This document shows, piece after piece, positions 28,066 through 38,430 of a stretch of 64,000 nt of DNA. The first letter of the stretch is position 1. Every line of letters begins with the position of its first letter. Both the position numbers and the translations under genes were made by a program. Location of the stretch: positions 16,612 through 80,611 of the forward strand of contig JBKOWV010000059.1 of the NCBI GenBank assembly GCA_046724585.1, given 5' to 3'. The stretch comes from Verrucomicrobiota bacterium (GTDB taxonomy: Bacteria; Verrucomicrobiota; Verrucomicrobiia; Chthoniobacterales; UBA10450). The notes beneath the pieces are model-generated. The model did not search any database. It was not told where the DNA came from and was given only the letters and a program-made list of their open reading frames with translations.

Positions 28066-29298
28066 TCAACGCGCCGCCATGGTCAAAGTAGCCACCTGGC
28101 GACCTTGCCCGCTGGCGCGGATTACACCAACGGTGAAAGTCACGTTCGCACCGCTCTGCACACGGCTAAGCAGATTCTCGACTTGTTTGACGGAGTTCAC
28201 GTCGGATTGGCCCACACGGTAAATGACGAGCCCGCGTCCTATTCCCGCTTCATCGGCCGGGCTCTCCCGTTCGACTGCGGTAATCAGAACGCCCCGGCCT
28301 TGCGCGTACCCGAGCGCGTCGCTCAATTCCTGGTCCAGATTCTGAAGTTGCATTCCAAATAACCGTTCGGCATTCGATACCGATGCTTCGCTGGTTGCGG
28401 CCTGTTTTGTTGGTGCCGGCTGTTTCTGGGCAATTTTTTTGAATCGGTTGACGCTGTCGCGAACCACGTCGGCTGGGATGGCGAAACCCAATCCCTGGGT
28501 AGGGACACCTTGCGGGGTGAACGCCATTTTCGCCGAGCTAATGCCGACCAGTCGCCCGGAAATATCAATAACCGGCCCACCGCTGTTCCCTGGATTAATG
28601 GCCGCGTCAGTCTGTACCAAGTTCTTGTACTCGACATCATCGACGGTGATATTGCGATTGACCGCACTAAGAACGCCGCGGCTGATTGAACTGCCGTAGC
28701 CTACCGCATTGCCGACTACGATAACTGTCTGGCCAAGGATGTTCGGAGAGATATCATCGAGGCTGACAAATGGAAAATCCGTTTTGGCGTCGATTTTAAT
28801 GAACGCCAGATCGGTCTTGTCATCGCCCGCGATATAGTGGGCGCTGTGAGTTTTCCCGTCGTTCGTTGTCACGTGAATTTTCAAATCCGCGGCGCGCTCG
28901 ACGACGTGCTGATTCGTAATGATGTAACCGGCCGGATCAATGATAAAACCGGAACCGAGGCTTTGCAGGGTTTGGCGAATTTCGCGCGGCCGAACCCGAT
29001 CATACCCGAAGAATTGCGCGTAAAAGTCCTCAAACGGATCGCGCACTGTTCGCCTGACTACGCGCTCAGTGTTGATATTGACCACGGCTGGCAGGACCTT
29101 CGCCAGCGCCAAAACAGTCGGTTCCGAAGCCGGATCGGCTTGACCAAAACACGACAACGATGTTCCGACGACCAACAGAATCGCAATGAACAAACGCAGC
29201 ACGGCATTAGCGCCTCTGAGGAGCGCACGCGCGTCACGTGGTAATGCGAATCCAGTTCCGACTTTCTGCGCCCTCGCCGAAAACCTTCTACGCAGCAT
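28066..29298 (-). CDS. HtrA/DegP-family serine protease with PDZ domain
   Basis: NQHVV (His), DLAFIKI (Asp) and GNSGGPV (Ser) triad, plus a C-terminal PDZ-like region. Start is uncertain (29298, 29328 or 29373). The longest form leaves only 17 nt before divergent sucA. Confidence 0.85.
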   Translation of the reverse strand: MLRRRFSARAQKVGTGFALPRDARALLRGANAVLRLFIAILLVVGTSLSCFGQADPASEPTVLALAKVLPAVVNINTERVVRRTVRDPFEDFYAQFFGYDRVRPREIRQTLQSLGSGFIIDPAGYIITNQHVVERAADLKIHVTTNDGKTHSAHYIAGDDKTDLAFIKIDAKTDFPFVSLDDISPNILGQTVIVVGNAVGYGSSISRGVLSAVNRNITVDDVEYKNLVQTDAAINPGNSGGPVIDISGRLVGISSAKMAFTPQGVPTQGLGFAIPADVVRDSVNRFKKIAQKQPAPTKQAATSEASVSNAERLFGMQLQNLDQELSDALGYAQGRGVLITAVERESPADEAGIGRGLVIYRVGQSDVNSVKQVENLLSRVQSGANVTFTVGVIRASGQGRQVATLTMAAR

Positions 29299-29390
29299 GC
29301 TACGTCTCACTCTCACAATCGTTGCCATTAGCCGGGTCACCAGCACTGTCAACTTGCCGCACCCCGTAATCATCGCAGATTAAATTTGCC

Positions 29391-32132
29391 ATGAACACTT
29401 CCATTGCCGCTCGGGCAAATCTCGACCTGATCGAGGAAAACTATAAGCGGTGGCAGCAAAATCCGGAGTCAGTTGATTCAGGATGGTCGGCCTTTTTTGA
29501 AGGATTCGAGCTTGGGAATTTGCCGCAACGCGACGGGGCATCTCTGGCGGAAGCCGAGGCTCGTGACGCCGCACTGCAGACACGTGTGGATGGTTTGATC
29601 TACGCGTATTGCTCGCTCGGTCATACTGTTGCACGGGTCGATCCATTAGCAGAGACGCGACCGCAAAATCCGTTGCTGGCTCTGCGTGAGTTCGGATTCA
29701 GCGATTCGGATCTCGATCTGCGCGTTTCATCGAAATTCTTCCTTGATAACCAGCCGATGACGTTGCGTGAAATGGTCGCCGGCTTGGAAAGGATTTATGC
29801 CGACTCCATCGGCTCGGAATTCATGCACATCCAGAATCCGCGGGTGCGCGAATGGGTGCGACGACGGTTGGAGACGCGGCCCCAGAAGCATTCGACGCCG
29901 CGTGCGGTTCAGGTGGCGCTGCTACGGGCGCTGCTCGAAGCCGAATCGTTCGAGATCTTCCTGCATACCCGCTACGTCGGGCAAAAACGGTTTTCGCTCC
30001 AGGGGGCGGAATCCCTCATGGTGATTCTGGATACGATCCTGCATAATTGCCCCGAGGGCGGGGTTGAGGAAATCTGCATGGGCATGGCGCATCGTGGCCG
30101 GCTGAATGTGCTGGCGAATTTTTTGCGCAAATCGCTCAAGGTCATCTTTACCGAGTTCAGCGACAATTATATTCCCGAGCTGGTGGCCGGCGACGGCGAC
30201 GTGAAATACCACCTTGGTTATCACTCGGTGCGCAGGCTTGCTTCCGGCGCTGAGATTGAGATTCGGCTCTCGTCGAACCCGAGCCATCTGGAGGCCGTCG
30301 ATCCTGTAGTCGAAGGAAAAGCGCGCGCCCGCCAACGAATTCGCGGCGACACCGAGCGTCGCTGCAAGGTCTTGCCACTGCTGGTGCACGGTGATGCGGC
30401 TTTCATCGCGCAGGGAATCGTGGCTGAAACGCTCAACTTATCGCAGTTACCGGGTTACAGCACAGGCGGCACCATTCACGTCGTTGTAAACAATCAGATT
30501 GGTTTCACCACGCTTCCAAAGGATGCGCGTTCATCGATGTATTGCACCGATATCGCCAAGGTGATTGAGGCGCCCATTTTTCATGTGAACGGCGACGATC
30601 CGCTGGCCATAAAATTTGTGAGCGATTTGGCATTCGATTTTCGTCAGCAATTCGGACGCGACGTGGTGATCGACATGTATTGCTATCGCCGCTATGGCCA
30701 CAATGAGGGCGACGAACCGTCGTTTACCCAGCCCGATCTTTACGCAAAGATCGAGAAGCGCCCATCAGTCACGCAGCTTTATAGACGCGAGTTGCTCGAG
30801 GCGGGAACACTCAGTGAAGACGATGCGGCTTCGCTGGAAACCGAGTTTGGTCTGCGGCTCGAAATGACGCGAGATGAAGTCGACGCCATCGAAAAGCGGA
30901 AGGCGAGCGAGAAAGCCAGGTTCAGAGAATCAACAGCGATTTTCCAACCGGAATACTCGAGCGAATCTGAGCCGACAGCGATTACCGAGAAAACGCTCAA
31001 GACCATCGTCGATGGTCTGACCCGCATACCAGAGGGTTTCGAGGTACACCCGAAGATCAAACGCATCGTGCTCGATCATCAGCGCAAAGTCTTCGAAGAG
31101 GGCGGTCCATACGAATGGCATTACGCGGAAACGCTCGCTTTCGGATCGCTGCTGCTGGACGGAATTCCAATCCGATTGTCGGGACAGGACAGTTCGCGCG
31201 GCACGTTCAGCACACGGCACTCCATTCTTTACGACGCAAAGACCGGCCAGCCTTACGTGCCCCTGATGCACCTCGCCGAAAAACAAGCGCGCATCTGTAT
31301 TTACAACAGCCCCCTCTCAGAGGCTGCCGTCCTCGGTTTCGACTACGGTTACTCGCTCGATTACCCGAAAATGCTTTGTCTGTGGGAGGCGCAGTTTGGT
31401 GATTTTGCCAATGGCGCGCAGACCATCATCGATCAATTCATTGTTTCGGCGGAATCAAAATGGCAGCGCCCGAGCGGAATCGTATTACTGCTGCCGCATG
31501 GCTACGAGGGACAGGGACCGGAACACTCCAGTGCCCGGCTCGAGCGCTTTCTTCAGGCCTGCGCAGAGGACAACATACAAGTCTGCAATCTCACCACGGC
31601 CGCGCAGTACTTTCACGTATTGCGGCGCCAGATGAAACGCGATTTCATCAAGCCGCTTATCATCGCGACACCGAAAAGTCTGTTGCGCGCCAAGTTCGCT
31701 TCTTCGCCCGTAGAAGAATTCGTCCACGGTCGGTTCGAGGAAATCATCGGCTCGCCCGAGTCCGGTGACCCCGACAAAGTGAAGCGGATCATCTTTTGCT
31801 CAGGGAAAGTTTATTACGACCTGCTCAATTACCGGACGCAGCGAAAGATTGAGGACGCGGCGATCATTCGCATCGAGCAGCTTTATCCGCTCGCTGAAAA
31901 GAAGCTGCGCGAAATACTCAAGCCATTTCCCAAAAACGCGAAGCTCGTTTGGTGCCAGGAAGAACCGGAAAACATGGGCGCGTGGACCTTTGTCGAGCCG
32001 CGGTTGCGCACGCTTTTCTGTAGCGAAATCGCGTACGCCGGCCGCGAAGCCAGTGCCAGTCCCGCGGTCGGTGCGCTTGCTCGACACAAACGCGAGCAAG
32101 CCCGCTTGGTCGCCGACGCATTTTCAATCTAG
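29391..32132 (+). CDS. sucA: 2-oxoglutarate dehydrogenase E1 component
   Basis: 913 aa with typical SucA sequence throughout (GMAHRGRLNVL, HGDAAF..QG, YCYRRYGHNEGDEP, LLPHGYEGQGPEHSS). Confidence 0.95.
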   Translation: MNTSIAARANLDLIEENYKRWQQNPESVDSGWSAFFEGFELGNLPQRDGASLAEAEARDAALQTRVDGLIYAYCSLGHTVARVDPLAETRPQNPLLALREFGFSDSDLDLRVSSKFFLDNQPMTLREMVAGLERIYADSIGSEFMHIQNPRVREWVRRRLETRPQKHSTPRAVQVALLRALLEAESFEIFLHTRYVGQKRFSLQGAESLMVILDTILHNCPEGGVEEICMGMAHRGRLNVLANFLRKSLKVIFTEFSDNYIPELVAGDGDVKYHLGYHSVRRLASGAEIEIRLSSNPSHLEAVDPVVEGKARARQRIRGDTERRCKVLPLLVHGDAAFIAQGIVAETLNLSQLPGYSTGGTIHVVVNNQIGFTTLPKDARSSMYCTDIAKVIEAPIFHVNGDDPLAIKFVSDLAFDFRQQFGRDVVIDMYCYRRYGHNEGDEPSFTQPDLYAKIEKRPSVTQLYRRELLEAGTLSEDDAASLETEFGLRLEMTRDEVDAIEKRKASEKARFRESTAIFQPEYSSESEPTAITEKTLKTIVDGLTRIPEGFEVHPKIKRIVLDHQRKVFEEGGPYEWHYAETLAFGSLLLDGIPIRLSGQDSSRGTFSTRHSILYDAKTGQPYVPLMHLAEKQARICIYNSPLSEAAVLGFDYGYSLDYPKMLCLWEAQFGDFANGAQTIIDQFIVSAESKWQRPSGIVLLLPHGYEGQGPEHSSARLERFLQACAEDNIQVCNLTTAAQYFHVLRRQMKRDFIKPLIIATPKSLLRAKFASSPVEEFVHGRFEEIIGSPESGDPDKVKRIIFCSGKVYYDLLNYRTQRKIEDAAIIRIEQLYPLAEKKLREILKPFPKNAKLVWCQEEPENMGAWTFVEPRLRTLFCSEIAYAGREASASPAVGALARHKREQARLVADAFSI

Positions 32133-32239
32133 TCCATACGTCTCTTAGGTCCGATGCGATACATGGAAGAAGCGGGCCCTATCTGTTGACGAAAGGCGTC
32201 TCGCCCGCGACGCTCGATTAGCTTAGGCAATTCTCACCC

Positions 32240-33562
32240 ATGCCCATCGAAGTTAAAATTCCCGCAGTCGGCGAATCGATCACGAGCGGTGTCGTCTCCG
32301 TCTGGCACAAAAAGTCGGGCGACTTCGTGAATGCAGGTGAAGCCCTCTTCACGCTGGAGACCGACAAAGTTTCGACAGAAATTGTCGCGGAAAAGGATGG
32401 CGTCCTAGAGACAAAGGTTCCCGAGGGCCAGGAAGTGAAAATCGGCGAAGTGGTTGCGACGATCGACGAATCAAAGGCGCCGCCAGAGGAAAAGAAAGAG
32501 AAACCTCCGGAAAAAGAGAAAGAGCCTCAGGAAAGGAAAAAGGAACCCGAAGGGAAGAAAAAGGGCGCAGAAGGAAAGGAAACAGTAGCCGCGGGCGACT
32601 TGTCCGCCGCAGCCTCGGCGAAGGCGGATGACCGCAGCGGGCGGGCGTCACCGACCCCGGCGACAACTCTTTCGCCTGCCGTGAGGCGTATTGTCGAAGA
32701 AGAAGAGGTTGAGCCGGAGAAAATCTCCCCTACCGGCAAAGGAGGACGTTTGACCAAGGGCGACGTGCTTGCGGCGGTCGAAGGCCGCAAATCTGCAGGA
32801 GAAGCTGTTAGCGTCCCCAGGACGACGGCGCCGCCCCCTTCAGCCGCTCAACCATCCGGGGATGGCCGGTTCACTCGAAAGAGAATGTCGCCACTGCGTC
32901 GCAAGATCGCGGCGCAATTGGTGATGGCCCAGCAGACCGCCGCCATTCTTACCACCTTCAACGAATGCGACATGAGCGCCGTCCAGGAATTGCGTGCGAA
33001 ATCGCAAGAGAAGTTCACGAAAAAGAACGGCGTCAAACTGGGCTTGATGTCATTCTTTATCAAGGCATGTGTGGAAGGGCTCAAAGCAGTGCCCGTAGTA
33101 AACGGCCGCATCGAAGGAGACGATTTCATCGAAAACCATTTTTACGATATCGGCGTGGCGGTTGGCACGGAGCGCGGACTCGTTGTGCCGATCGTGCGCG
33201 ATGCAGACAAGAAAAGTTTTGCCGAGCTGGAGCGCGACATCGCTGATTATGCCAGCAGAGCGCGCGACGGAAAACTGAAGATCGAAGATCTGCAAGGTGG
33301 GACATTCACGATCACAAACGGCGGAGTGTACGGATCGCTCTTTGCCACGCCGATTTTGAATCCGCCGCAAAGCGGCATTCTCGGCATGCACAAAATCATG
33401 CCGCGCCCGGTTGTGGTGGACGGCAAGGTGGAAGTGCGCCCGATGATGTATCTGGCGCTGAGTTATGATCATCGCGCCATCGACGGCAAAGAAGCGGTCA
33501 CTTTCCTTATCAAAGTAAAGGAATGCATCGAGGAACCCAGAAAACTGCCCCTCGATTTTTAG
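32240..33562 (+). CDS. sucB: dihydrolipoyllysine-residue succinyltransferase (E2)
   Basis: Lipoyl domain ([10 protein letters not shown]), K/E/P-rich linker, E3-binding segment and catalytic DHRAIDG. Confidence 0.93.
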   Translation: MPIEVKIPAVGESITSGVVSVWHKKSGDFVNAGEALFTLETDKVSTEIVAEKDGVLETKVPEGQEVKIGEVVATIDESKAPPEEKKEKPPEKEKEPQERKKEPEGKKKGAEGKETVAAGDLSAAASAKADDRSGRASPTPATTLSPAVRRIVEEEEVEPEKISPTGKGGRLTKGDVLAAVEGRKSAGEAVSVPRTTAPPPSAAQPSGDGRFTRKRMSPLRRKIAAQLVMAQQTAAILTTFNECDMSAVQELRAKSQEKFTKKNGVKLGLMSFFIKACVEGLKAVPVVNGRIEGDDFIENHFYDIGVAVGTERGLVVPIVRDADKKSFAELERDIADYASRARDGKLKIEDLQGGTFTITNGGVYGSLFATPILNPPQSGILGMHKIMPRPVVVDGKVEVRPMMYLALSYDHRAIDGKEAVTFLIKVKECIEEPRKLPLDF

Positions 33563-33574
33563 ACCATGCCTTAT

Positions 33575-33654
33575 TGTCATGTCGAGCGAAGTCGAGACAT
33601 CTCTTATTGTTCTTTTTGATAATTAGAGATTCCTCCACTTCGGTCGGAATGACA
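33575..33654. repeat. MITE-like palindromic element, family A variant, copy 4
   Basis: TGTCATGTCGAGCGAAGTCGAGACATCTC ... GAGATTCCTCCACTTCGGTCGGAATGACA, sitting between sucB and lpd. Confidence 0.75.
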
Positions 33655-33664
33655 AAACAGACGT

Positions 33665-35071
33665 ATGGAAAAATTTGATGTTGTAATTATCGGTTCCGGG
33701 CCGGGCGGTTACATCGCTGCGATCCGCTCTGGGCAACTTGGATTGAAGACCGCGCTGGTCGAGAAAGACAGGGAGCTCGGCGGAACCTGCCTCAATGTCG
33801 GCTGCATCCCGAGCAAAGCACTCCTCACGTCGAGCGATCATGTCATGTTCGCAAAAAAGGAGGCCGCCAAGCACGGAATCGTGATCGACAACGTCCAGGT
33901 CGATCTTCCCAAAATGCAGCAGCGTAAGGACAAAGTCGTCAGAACGATGAACAGCGGTGTGCGCGCTCTGATGAAGACGAACAAGGTGACGACTTTCGAA
34001 GGGCTCGGCACGATCACTGCGCCTGGAAAAGTTTCCGTTAAATCGTCGAAAGGCGAGACACAGGAAATCGAAACGAAAAACATTGTGATCGCCACCGGCA
34101 GCGCGCCAATCGAGCTGCCGTTCGCAAAGTTCGATGGCAAAACCATCGTTAGCAGCACCGAAGCGCTTGAATTCACGGAAGTCCCAAAGAAACTCATCGT
34201 CATTGGCGCGGGCGCGGTCGGTCTGGAGCTGGGTTCGGTTTGGAACCGGCTTGGCTCGGAAGTGACCATGCTGGAATTTCTTCCGCGCATCGCCGTCGGC
34301 TTCGATCTCGAGCTCTCCAATCTGCTCCAGCGCTCGCTTACGGCTCAGGGCATCACGTTTCATCTCGAGACAAAGGTAAGCGCCGTCAAGGTCGACAATG
34401 GGCACGCGACTGCCACCGCAACTAAAGGCGGCGAAGAACTAAAATTCGAAGCGGATAAGGTCCTTGTCTCAGTTGGGCGCCGCCCGTTCTCGGAAGGTCT
34501 CTGTGCAGAAAAACTCGGCGTCGAGTTTGACGAACGGAAACGAATCAAAGTGGATAAAAACTTTCGCACAAATATTGAAGGCATTTATGCGATTGGCGAC
34601 GTGATCGCGGGGCCCATGCTGGCGCACAAAGCCGAAGATGAAGGGATTGCGTGCGTAGAGATCATAGCGGGCAAACCTGGCCATGTGAACTACGAAGCAG
34701 TTGCAGGCATCATTTACACTAATCCCGAGCTGGCCGGCGTCGGTCTGACCGAAGATCAGGCGAAAGAGAAGGGAATCGACGTGCGAATCGGCAGATTTCC
34801 GTTCCGTGCGAATGGGCGCGCGGTTGCGAACGAAGATGTTGATGGAATGGCTAAATTTGTTGCCGACGCGAAGACTGATCGCATTCTTGGCGCGCATATT
34901 TTGCAACATATGGCGTCGGAACTGATCGCCGAAGCGGTCTCGGTGATTGAATTTGGCGGCAGCTCCGAAGACCTCGGACGTACCGTTCACTCGCATCCGA
35001 CTTTGAGCGAAGCTGTCAAAGAAGCAGCGCTTAACGTTGAAAAGCGCGCGTTGCACATCGTAAACCGCTGA
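33665..35071 (+). CDS. lpdA: dihydrolipoyl dehydrogenase (E3)
   Basis: GSGPGGY FAD motif, redox disulfide GGTCLNVGCIPSK, C-terminal HSHPTLSE. Confidence 0.95.
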   Translation: MEKFDVVIIGSGPGGYIAAIRSGQLGLKTALVEKDRELGGTCLNVGCIPSKALLTSSDHVMFAKKEAAKHGIVIDNVQVDLPKMQQRKDKVVRTMNSGVRALMKTNKVTTFEGLGTITAPGKVSVKSSKGETQEIETKNIVIATGSAPIELPFAKFDGKTIVSSTEALEFTEVPKKLIVIGAGAVGLELGSVWNRLGSEVTMLEFLPRIAVGFDLELSNLLQRSLTAQGITFHLETKVSAVKVDNGHATATATKGGEELKFEADKVLVSVGRRPFSEGLCAEKLGVEFDERKRIKVDKNFRTNIEGIYAIGDVIAGPMLAHKAEDEGIACVEIIAGKPGHVNYEAVAGIIYTNPELAGVGLTEDQAKEKGIDVRIGRFPFRANGRAVANEDVDGMAKFVADAKTDRILGAHILQHMASELIAEAVSVIEFGGSSEDLGRTVHSHPTLSEAVKEAALNVEKRALHIVNR

Positions 35072-35307
35072 TGTTAGGACTCAGACCTCAGAGGTCAGAA
35101 CCCGTCGATCGGAAGCGGAAGTTCAGGTGGATCGAGCAGTCCCTTGCTCGATGCCAACCAACCGGCGAAGCCGCATTTGTTTTCACGTACTTGGTGAAAC
35201 GTCACGCTCTTGGGGCCAGTTTGGGGCTGCGCCGTTACGATTAACATCGCCCGACGGAGCGGTCGATCCACCTCGCGCTCCAAAGAAATTGGCGCTAACA
35301 ATGAAAT

Positions 35308-35883
35308 GTGGAAAGCACCAGCGCTATCGTCTTGCGCAAACGAAAATTCAGCGACACCAGCCTGATCGTCTCGTGGTGCACAGAGTCGCTTGGCTGCATC
35401 CAAACCGTGGCCAAGGGAGCGCGCCGTGCCAAGAGCCCGTTTGCCGGGAAACTGGATTTATTTTTCGAGGCCGAAATTCAAATTGCTCGTAGCCGAAAAT
35501 CGAATTTGCACACGCTTACCGAAGTCGTGCTGAGAAATCCGTTCGCCGGAATTCGCCGGAACTACTCGCGTACGCAGACAGCTGCTTACTTCGTCGAATT
35601 GATCGAGATTTGTACCGAGCGCGACCATCACGAACCGGAATTGTTTTCGCTTCTGCGGCGGGCCTTTGGTTATCTCGATGCGAACGACCCGACTCTGCGC
35701 GCCGTTTCACATTTCGAAACCGAGCTGGCGCGCATCGCCGGTGTGCACGACGCGAAGAAACTGAAGACCGATCCGGCGTTTGCGCTCGGAAATTTGTTCG
35801 GGCGACTGCCGCTTTCTCGCACGCCGCTCTTGAAAACGCTCACGGCCGAGGCGAAAAACAGGGCGAAGGAGAATTCAAAATGA
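35308..35883 (+). CDS. recO: DNA repair protein RecO
   Basis: AIVLRKRKFSDTSLIVSWCTESLGCIQTVAKGARRAKSPFAGKLDLF is a typical RecO OB-fold N-terminus. GTG start. Overlaps the next gene in ATGA. Confidence 0.8.
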   Translation: MESTSAIVLRKRKFSDTSLIVSWCTESLGCIQTVAKGARRAKSPFAGKLDLFFEAEIQIARSRKSNLHTLTEVVLRNPFAGIRRNYSRTQTAAYFVELIEICTERDHHEPELFSLLRRAFGYLDANDPTLRAVSHFETELARIAGVHDAKKLKTDPAFALGNLFGRLPLSRTPLLKTLTAEAKNRAKENSK

Positions 35884-36458
35884 CACTACGCATTCTTATT
35901 GCTTCGATCCTAATCGCCGGCTTGGATCCAGCCGCATCGGCGAACGAGGCTTACAAGTTCGATTCGTCCGGGTCAACGATTGCCTTTACGGTCCGTCAAT
36001 TTCTCGGCACTACTCACGGCAAATTCACCAGGTTTACCGGCAAGGTAGATATCGACCGCGAGCATCCGGAGAATTCATCGGTCACCGCGCAGATTGACGT
36101 GCACAGCATCGATACGCGCATTAAGAAACGGGACGATCATCTGCGTAGCCCGGAATTTTTTAATGTGGAAAAATTTCCCCACATGACGTTCAAGAGCCGG
36201 AGCGTGAAACGCACCGGGCCTCAAAGCGGCGACATTCTTGGCGATCTCACGATGCACGGCGTGACCAGGCCGATCACATTGCATGTGAAATTGCTGACGC
36301 CGATGAATGAAACGAGCCGGACGCGTTGGACGGTGACGACCGAGCCAATCACGCGGCGCGACTTCAATTTGATGTTTGCCCCAGCGACTGAGGCGGTCTC
36401 GGGCATTAGCCAAAAAGTTGCGATCAACATCGAGATCGAAGCGAAGCGCACGGAGTAA
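35880..36458 (+). CDS. YceI-family periplasmic protein
   Basis: Signal peptide MTLRILIASILIAGL.., then STIAFTVRQFLGTTHGKFTRFTGKVDID and HGVTRPITL. The ORF-track extension from 35610 runs inside recO and is rejected. Confidence 0.85.
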   Translation: MTLRILIASILIAGLDPAASANEAYKFDSSGSTIAFTVRQFLGTTHGKFTRFTGKVDIDREHPENSSVTAQIDVHSIDTRIKKRDDHLRSPEFFNVEKFPHMTFKSRSVKRTGPQSGDILGDLTMHGVTRPITLHVKLLTPMNETSRTRWTVTTEPITRRDFNLMFAPATEAVSGISQKVAINIEIEAKRTE

Positions 36459-36489
36459 GTGCGCGAGCTGGCTCCCCCGTCACCAAGAT

Positions 36490-36616
36490 TGTCATTCTGA
36501 GCGAAGCGAAGAATCTCTGATTATTGTGAATCCAATCACGACCAGGCGCTAAACAAAGATGTTTCCAAACCTTCGCATAAAGCTACGGCTTGGCAGGCGC
36601 TTCGCTTAACATGACA
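36490..36616. repeat. MITE-like palindromic element, family A copy 2
   Basis: Same left arm as copy 1 (TGTCATTCTGAGCGAAGCGAAGAATCTCTGATTATT). The right arm, ...GCGCTTCGCTTAACATGACA, carries an internal insertion. Confidence 0.8.
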
Positions 36617-36626
36617 GGTAGGACCT

Positions 36627-37343
36627 ATGGAAATCATTCCCCTCGGAGATTCAGCGCTGATCGTGCGGGTGCGCGACCAATTTGACGATGCGCCTGAGGA
36701 AACGCTGAACGAGGTGCTGGGGACACTTCACCAGCTTCTAAGCGCTGCCATCCCCGGCGTCATCGAGCTCGCGCCGGCTTATACCAGCGTCGCAATTTTC
36801 TTTGATCCGATCGCCGTCGCAAAAACGGCTGTTACTCCAGAAGACGAATTCGAGTGGTTCGCGACGCGAATTCGCGCTGCTGTAGCTGGTGTTTCCAAGC
36901 CCGGCTGGACCCGGCGATCGCCGTCGCGAACCGTTGAAATTCCAGTCTGCTACGATCTGGAGTTTGCTCCCGATCTCGAAGACGTCGCGCGACATGCGCA
37001 GATCTCGACAAAGGAAGTTGTCGATCTTCATGGCGCAGCTGAATACCGCGTGAGCTGCATCGGGTTCGTTCCCGGATTTCCATTCCTGACAGGTCTGGCG
37101 AAGAAGTTGGCGACACCGCGGCGGGAGGTGCCACGCAAAGAAATTACCGCGGGCTCAGTCGGGATCGGAGGCGCGCAGACGGGAATTTATCCTCTGCGCT
37201 CGCCCGGGGGCTGGAATCTAATTGGCCGGACACCATTGCAATTGTTCGATCTGGAAAAAAGTCCCCCTGCCTTTTTGCGCGCTGGGGATCGGGTGCGTTT
37301 TAGCGCGATCACGCGGGAGGAGTTTGAATCGTTAAAACAATGA
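36627..37343 (+). CDS. pxpB: 5-oxoprolinase subunit B (KipI / allophanate hydrolase subunit 1 family)
   Basis: IIPLGDSALIVRV ... CIGFVPGFPFL ... GIGGAQTGIYPLRSPGGWNLIG. Confidence 0.88.
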   Translation: MEIIPLGDSALIVRVRDQFDDAPEETLNEVLGTLHQLLSAAIPGVIELAPAYTSVAIFFDPIAVAKTAVTPEDEFEWFATRIRAAVAGVSKPGWTRRSPSRTVEIPVCYDLEFAPDLEDVARHAQISTKEVVDLHGAAEYRVSCIGFVPGFPFLTGLAKKLATPRREVPRKEITAGSVGIGGAQTGIYPLRSPGGWNLIGRTPLQLFDLEKSPPAFLRAGDRVRFSAITREEFESLKQ

Positions 37344-37348
37344 AAAGG

Positions 37349-37456
37349 GTCATCCCGAGCGAAGCGAGGGACCTCACATTTGAATTACCGGACACACAGG
37401 CGAATTAGCGTGATCAATCAGCTTGTGTGAGATCCTTCACTGCGTTCAGGATGACA
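37349..37456. repeat. MITE-like palindromic element, family A variant, copy 5
   Basis: GTCATCCCGAGCGAAGCGAGGGACCTC ... GAGATCCTTCACTGCGTTCAGGATGAC, lying inside the pxpB-pxpC spacer. It creates the spurious N-terminal extension MCEILHCVQDDNS in the ORF track. Confidence 0.75.
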
Positions 37457-37461
37457 ATTCG

Positions 37462-38430
37462 ATGAAGGTGATCGTCGCGCGCGCAGGATTTCTTACCAGC
37501 GTGCAAGATCTGGGTCGCACGGGTTACCGTCAATTTGGTGTTTCGACTAGCGGCGCGCTCGATCCGTTCGCGTTACGCGTGGCAAATCTGCTCGTCGGCA
37601 ATGATGAAGACGCGGCTGGGCTCGAGATTACGCTTGGCGGTTTGCAGTTGCGGTTTAATGACGAGCGAATCGTTGCTTGGTGCGGCGGCGAATTCGATGT
37701 CCGCGTTGGATCGACATTGTTGCCCGCGGGCCACGCGGCGTTCATAAATGCAGGCGAGGAACTGAAGTTCAATCATCCAAGGACAGGGTGTCGATGTTGG
37801 GCTGCGATTTCTGGCGGGATTGATATGCCGATCGTTCTCAGAAGCCGCTCCACGGATTTGCGGGCAAATTTTGGCGGATTGGATGGTCGTAAATTGCGTG
37901 ATGGCGATATTATTCCGCTTGGCAAATGGCCGGGGTCACCGACCCCGGCTACAGTTATTTCCTCGTGGACTGCGCCGCACGATTGGGTAAATCCGGCGAG
38001 GCACGATCCGATTTTGCGTTTCATTCGCGGCATGGATTGGGCCCGCTTCAACGCTTCAACGCTTCAACGCTTCACGAGCGAATCCTTCGCCGTCTCGTCC
38101 GATTCAGATCGCATGGGCGCACGCCTGGCGGGTCCTGAATTGCGCCCAACCAATCACGCCGAGCTTATTTCCGAAGCAGTCGCACCGGGCACGATCCAAG
38201 TGCCGCCGAGTGGCCGGCCGATTCTGCTTTTGGGAGATTGCCAAACGATCGGCGGTTATCCCAAAATCGCGCATGTGATCACGGTCGATCTTTCAGTAGC
38301 AGCGCAGCTCCGCGCCGGAGATCATGTCCGTTTTTTCGAAGTCTCGCTCACCGATGCGCATCGGCTTTTGCTTCAGCGCGAGCACGAACTCGAGCGCTTT
38401 CGTATTGGACTCAGTTTGCACGATTTATGA
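37462..38430 (+). CDS. pxpC: 5-oxoprolinase subunit C (KipA / allophanate hydrolase subunit 2 family)
   Basis: MKVIVARAGFLTSVQDLGRTGYRQFGVSTSGALD ... GDCQTIGGYPKIAHVI. Stop overlaps the pxpA start (ATGA). Confidence 0.88.
   Translation: MKVIVARAGFLTSVQDLGRTGYRQFGVSTSGALDPFALRVANLLVGNDEDAAGLEITLGGLQLRFNDERIVAWCGGEFDVRVGSTLLPAGHAAFINAGEELKFNHPRTGCRCWAAISGGIDMPIVLRSRSTDLRANFGGLDGRKLRDGDIIPLGKWPGSPTPATVISSWTAPHDWVNPARHDPILRFIRGMDWARFNASTLQRFTSESFAVSSDSDRMGARLAGPELRPTNHAELISEAVAPGTIQVPPSGRPILLLGDCQTIGGYPKIAHVITVDLSVAAQLRAGDHVRFFEVSLTDAHRLLLQREHELERFRIGLSLHDL

Noticed and set aside
32470-32620. K/E/P-rich low-complexity stretch ([32 protein letters not shown]).
   Set aside because: It is the normal flexible linker between the lipoyl and E3-binding domains of the E2 succinyltransferase, not a nucleotide repeat array or a mobile insert.
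35072-35307. ORFs 35095..35403 (-) and 35127..35492 (+) in the lpd-recO spacer.
   Set aside because: They overlap each other and recO, and have neither motifs nor ribosome-binding sites. I treat the region as a non-coding spacer.
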